Assembly: GCA_937860055.1 (NCBI GenBank)
Contig: CALMBO010000028.1
Span: forward strand, 21,881-85,880
Origin: an uncultured Verrucomicrobiota bacterium
GTDB taxonomy: Bacteria; Verrucomicrobiota; Kiritimatiellia; CAIQIC01; Lenti-01
Direction of reading: 5' to 3'
DNA: 64,000 nt
Shown in pieces: positions 60,554 through 64,000 of the stretch (position 1 is its first letter; every line of letters starts with the position of its first letter). Position numbers and translations under genes: made by a program. The notes below the pieces were generated by a model. The model was not told the DNA's origin and ran no database searches. It saw only the letters and a list, made by a program, of their open reading frames with translations.

Positions 60554-61835
60554 TTTGGAATCCAGCGAGTGGAACTGCCCCGCAGCATTCTCGCAGGCGC
60601 TGGATCATCGCCGCCTCAACATGGTTTGAAATCCAGCGAGTGGAACACCTGGTGGGCGGCGCGACTCCCGCACCTGGCTCCGCCTCAACATGGTTTGAAA
60701 TCCAGCGAGTGGAACCCGTTCCGGTGGCGTGCTGGCCCTTGGAGGTGCTCCGCCTCAACATGGTTTGAAATCCAGCGAGTGGAACTTCTCCACGCCGGCC
60801 GCCTTGAAGATCCGCAGAACCGCCTCAACATGGTTTGAAATCCAGCGAGTGGAACAGGCATGGAGGAGGGCGAGGGTGCCAGGATGGAGCCGCCTCAACA
60901 TGGTTTGAAATCCAGCGAGTGGAACACCCAACCCCAGCGGAGGGGCACTTATCAAACTGCCGCCTCAACATGGTTTGAAATCCAGCGAGTGGAACTTTCG
61001 TGCGGAGTCTGTACGAAGATGATTCCTGCCCGCCTCAACATGGTTTGAAATCCAGCGAGTGGAACAAGGTGGTCGCCCCGGCCGCCGAATTGCTGTAGAT
61101 CCGCCTCAACATGGTTTGAAATCCAGCGAGTGGAACCTGGATGGCTTGCTGGGCAACAAACCATGCCGCCCGCCTCAACATGGTTTGAAATCCAGCGAGT
61201 GGAACCTGCACCCTGGGAAGTCTGCGACTTCCTACACGCCCGCCTCAACATGGTTTGAAATCCAGCGAGTGGAACCGCTTGCAGGCCGGGCCTTCGTAGG
61301 TCCCGGAATACCGCCTCAACATGGTTTGAAATCCAGCGAGTGGAACCCAGGGGCCCAAGACGACCGAGACCGAGGGGAACCGCCTCAACATGGTTTGAAA
61401 TCCAGCGAGTGGAACATCATTCGACGGGGAGATGGGGGAATGGTTCGACCGCCTCAACATGGTTTGAAATCCAGCGAGTGGAACACCGGTGAAGCTCCAG
61501 GCCGTCCGGACCTATCTGCCGCCTCAACATGGTTTGAAATCCAGCGAGTGGAACCGTTCACCGTGTCCTTCGCCTTAATTGCTTCCATCCGCCTCAACAT
61601 GGTTTGAAATCCAGCGAGTGGAACCAGCTTTCCCTTGACGCGAAGGATTGCATCTGGACCGCCTCAACATGGTTTGAAATCCAGCGAGTGGAACCACCCT
61701 CATCGCCCGTGCGTCGGGGTCCTTTTGCCCGCCTCAACATGGTTTGAAATCCAGCGAGTGGAACGGGCTCGGTGTGCTTCAAGTGCAGTCGAAGGCAGGC
61801 CGCCTCAACATGGTTTGAAATCCAGCGAGTGGAAC
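60554..61835 (-). CRISPR. CRISPR array: 18 intact 36-bp repeats plus 1 degenerate trailer repeat, 18 spacers of 33-35 bp
   Basis: Repeat (minus strand) GTTCCACTCGCTGGATTTCAAACCATGTTGAGGCGG; intact copies start at 60611 through 61800; partial copy ends at 60575; leader on the cas side. Confidence 0.98.
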
Positions 61836-61990
61836 TGTCACAAACAAAACCCAAGTCTGCTCAATTAGTTAAAGATGCGCCTGCGAGCGCGCCAGACAAA
61901 CTGCGTTTCGGCATGGTCGGGCAAACCCCATTTAGCTGCGCAGTCGCCTTGGATTCATTATACTGCGAGAGCCCCTCAGCGAATCCCGAG
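61836..61990 (-). promoter_or_regulatory. CRISPR leader with candidate -10 box
   Basis: Lower-GC non-coding stretch next to the intact end of the array; TATAAT on the minus strand at 61957-61962. Confidence 0.6.
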
Positions 61991-61995
61991 GCAAT

Positions 61996-62065
61996 GCCGC
62001 ACTCGCTGGATTTCAAACAGCTGCTTTTCCAATGGCGGAGGAAAAGTGGTCATGGCCCTATAGGC
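61996..62065 (-). ncRNA. Candidate tracrRNA (type V-B-like)
   Basis: 19-nt perfect anti-repeat at 62000-62018; hairpin TTTTCC-TCCGCCATT-GGAAAA with CCGCC complementary to the repeat 3' GGCGG; 5' stem GCCTATAGGGC. Ends approximate. Confidence 0.8.
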
Positions 62066-62100
62066 GAGAGCATTGGAACAAAATGTGCCGCAAAAGTAAA

Positions 62101-62391
62101 TCAGATTATGGTGACCCGCGCGTGTTGGGCATAAGGGATGCCGAGGGCTTCGATGGACAAGCTGCCGTCTGCATCCTTCGCGCCGAGGGTGATGAATAGC
62201 ACCTGGTCTTCGGTGTGGTGGATGATTCCGTCCATGGCCGATCTCATTTCCTGCAGCCGCAGCGGGTCCAGCAGGCACTCAAAAACCGAGAATTGAAGGC
62301 GATAGCCAAATCCTTCGGCAATGCGGGCCACACCCCGGAGCCGCTTGGGATCAGCGATGTCGTAACTGACGATATAGCGCCGCTGGTTCAT
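62101..62391 (-). CDS. cas2: CRISPR-associated endonuclease Cas2
   Basis: YIVSYDIADPKRL, GYRLQFSVFEC, EDQVLFI. Confidence 0.96.
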   Translation of the reverse strand: MNQRRYIVSYDIADPKRLRGVARIAEGFGYRLQFSVFECLLDPLRLQEMRSAMDGIIHHTEDQVLFITLGAKDADGSLSIEALGIPYAQHARVTII

Positions 62392-64000
62392 CGGGTCGTG
62401 AAGCCGTAGTACCGGCCGGCCTCCCCGCGCAAAACGCGCCATAACTGCCGGACCTGCACCTCAAGCATGCGCCGATAGGTCATCTTGTATTTGAACTGCG
62501 GGTGGGAAACCTCCGTGTCCATCCGCCGAAAATAGGCCTCCCAGAAAGCCCGCCGCCCGGTCTCATCCAAGAAAACGCCTTTGGAACTGAATACGAAATC
62601 CTTTTCGTCCAATTCGTGCCGGTTGAGCAAGCTGATGGCCACACTGTCCGCGATCAGCGGGCGAAACTCCTCCATTAGATCCAATGCCAACGCTGGGCGG
62701 CCATAACGCGGCTGGTGGAAGAATCCGAGGAACGGATCCAGCCCGACGGCATGGCAGATGCCGGCCAATTCCTTGGCCAACATGCTGTAGCCCAGCGAAA
62801 GCAAGGCATTCACCGGATCGCGCGGGGGGCGACGATTGCGGGCCGAAAAATCGAAAGCGTGGCCGGCCGCCTTCAGCATGCCCGCGAAATTGCCGAAATA
62901 GGTGGCGGCCGCGCTCCCTTCCAAACCTCGGACCTCATCCAGCGATGTCGCATGCTCCGTCTGGTCGCGCAACCGCTTCAGTTCCTCGGCGTCCGCCGTT
63001 TCCGGATTCCCGTTCCGCATCAACATGACCCGTTGGTTGTGGATTTTCGCGCGAATGATTTCCCGCGTTAGCTCCAGCCGGATGTCTTCGCGCTCGAACA
63101 GGCGATATTGCCCGCGGCGCGCTTCCGTTCCGGAAGCTCCAAGCCCTTGCAATAGGCCCAGAAATCTCCCCGCTGGCGAGAAGTAGGCCACTGGAATGTC
63201 CGCTTCCAACAGCTGTTGCACGGCCTGTTCCGAAATCTGCACGGCACCGTACAAGTACACTTGTTTCAGTTGGCCCAGTGCCAGGTTGCCCACTCTTTCA
63301 TCCTTCAGCCACACTTCCACGTTGCCGCCGCGAATTCCGATCCGGGCACCCGGCTTCTGAACCACCAGCACTTCCCCTTCGTCGTTGTCGGGCCGGGGCG
63401 GGCGCTCGATTTCCGGCGGACGTTCGCCAGTTGTTTTCCAATAGGTCGACTCTTCAGGGAGACAGACCGGATATAGCGAGCAATACAGGCATCGCGGATC
63501 GCCCACCAACGGTTCAGGAATGCTCGTTCCAGCCGCCACGCGACGCGCCTCCGCCAGAACGGTCCGGCACCGATCCAGCAATTCCGCAGCCAAAGGTACT
63601 TCCACGCGCCGTTTGTCCGCCCCGTAATAGATCCAGCCGCGAGCCGCCACGCGCCCCTGTTCGGCCAGCAAAAGAGCCTGCGCAGCGATTTGGATGGCAT
63701 CCGCCTCCTTGGCCATCCGCTCGCCGGCATCGTTTCGGGCGGCCGACCCCTTTTTGTAGTCTACCAGTTCCACTCCCTGCCCGGTGGCTTCCGCCAAATC
63801 CACCACGCCGACCAACCCCAGCGCCTCGCTGGAAAGTTCCAAGCTTTTCAGGGTAATACCCGCCTCCAAGACATCGGGCATGTTCTCTTTGATCTGGCTG
63901 GGCACGTCCACGTTGCGATGCATGGCGGAGCCGGCGACCGTGTCCGCGTTCTCCACGAAAACGTTTTCCACCCATTGGAAGTAGAACAAGCGCGGACAAT
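62388..64000 (-). CDS. cas4/cas1: Cas4-Cas1 fusion (N-terminus beyond the window)
   Basis: Cas4: CPRLFY, GVVDLAE, VDYKKG, CLYCSLYPVC. Cas1: GLEGSAAATYF, RNRRPPRDPVNALLSLGY, GFFH, ALDLMEEFRP. Confidence 0.96.
   Translation of the reverse strand, partial: CPRLFYFQWVENVFVENADTVAGSAMHRNVDVPSQIKENMPDVLEAGITLKSLELSSEALGLVGVVDLAEATGQGVELVDYKKGSAARNDAGERMAKEADAIQIAAQALLLAEQGRVAARGWIYYGADKRRVEVPLAAELLDRCRTVLAEARRVAAGTSIPEPLVGDPRCLYCSLYPVCLPEESTYWKTTGERPPEIERPPRPDNDEGEVLVVQKPGARIGIRGGNVEVWLKDERVGNLALGQLKQVYLYGAVQISEQAVQQLLEADIPVAYFSPAGRFLGLLQGLGASGTEARRGQYRLFEREDIRLELTREIIRAKIHNQRVMLMRNGNPETADAEELKRLRDQTEHATSLDEVRGLEGSAAATYFGNFAGMLKAAGHAFDFSARNRRPPRDPVNALLSLGYSMLAKELAGICHAVGLDPFLGFFHQPRYGRPALALDLMEEFRPLIADSVAISLLNRHELDEKDFVFSSKGVFLDETGRRAFWEAYFRRMDTEVSHPQFKYKMTYRRMLEVQVRQLWRVLRGEAGRYYGFTTR

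Noticed and set aside
62000..62018. Anti-repeat read as a stray extra CRISPR repeat
   Set aside because: It is inverted relative to the array, partial, and accompanied by a second complementary element and stems.
60510..62278. Short ORFs with repeating PPQHGLKSSEWN / STRWISNHVEA peptides
   Set aside because: Translations of the CRISPR repeats, leader and tracrRNA region.
62101..64000. Type I-G assignment from the Cas4-Cas1 fusion
   Set aside because: Disfavoured, not excluded: type I-G needs no tracrRNA, yet a two-part anti-repeat is present. The effector genes are outside the window.

Overview
High-GC bacterial chromosomal segment; a PVC-superphylum origin (Kiritimatiellae/Lentisphaerae-like) is my impression only, not tested. 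Left to right: (1) the end of a surface-polysaccharide cluster (two glycosyltransferases, three SAM methyltransferases, flippase, wecB, DUF362); (2) tpx, rsmE, an outer-membrane beta-barrel, then a ModE-like regulator/TonB-dependent receptor/methyltransferase/membrane protein/ExbB/ExbD/TonB operon preceded by a ModE-box-like palindrome; (3) NTPase, murJ, nth, CpXC protein, hypotheticals, two STAS genes and a DUF2961 lipoprotein; (4) a scrambled NDP-sugar region (HddA-like kinase, ColD-like dehydratase, Fcl-like reductase, split transketolase, B12 radical SAM, HddC-like transferase) interrupted by a HEXXH protein/lipoprotein pair and a LamG gene; (5) clpB, an ~1870-aa multi-PAS hybrid kinase, hisF, rnc, xerD, pepA, nadD, rsfS; (6) a queuosine-salvage-like gene, a PLD plus CBM21-phosphatase pair and an M48 peptidase; (7) a CRISPR array (18 intact + 1 degenerate 36-bp repeats, 18 spacers), leader, candidate tracrRNA, cas2 and a cas4-cas1 fusion running off the right edge. 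The strongest signal is (7): a 19-nt anti-repeat plus a second 5-nt pairing element point to a type V-B (Cas12b-like) system whose effector should lie beyond base 64000. Also notable is a TTCCA-N5-TGGAA palindromic repeat found both intergenically and inside a coding sequence. All calls come from reading motifs by eye; no database search was run.
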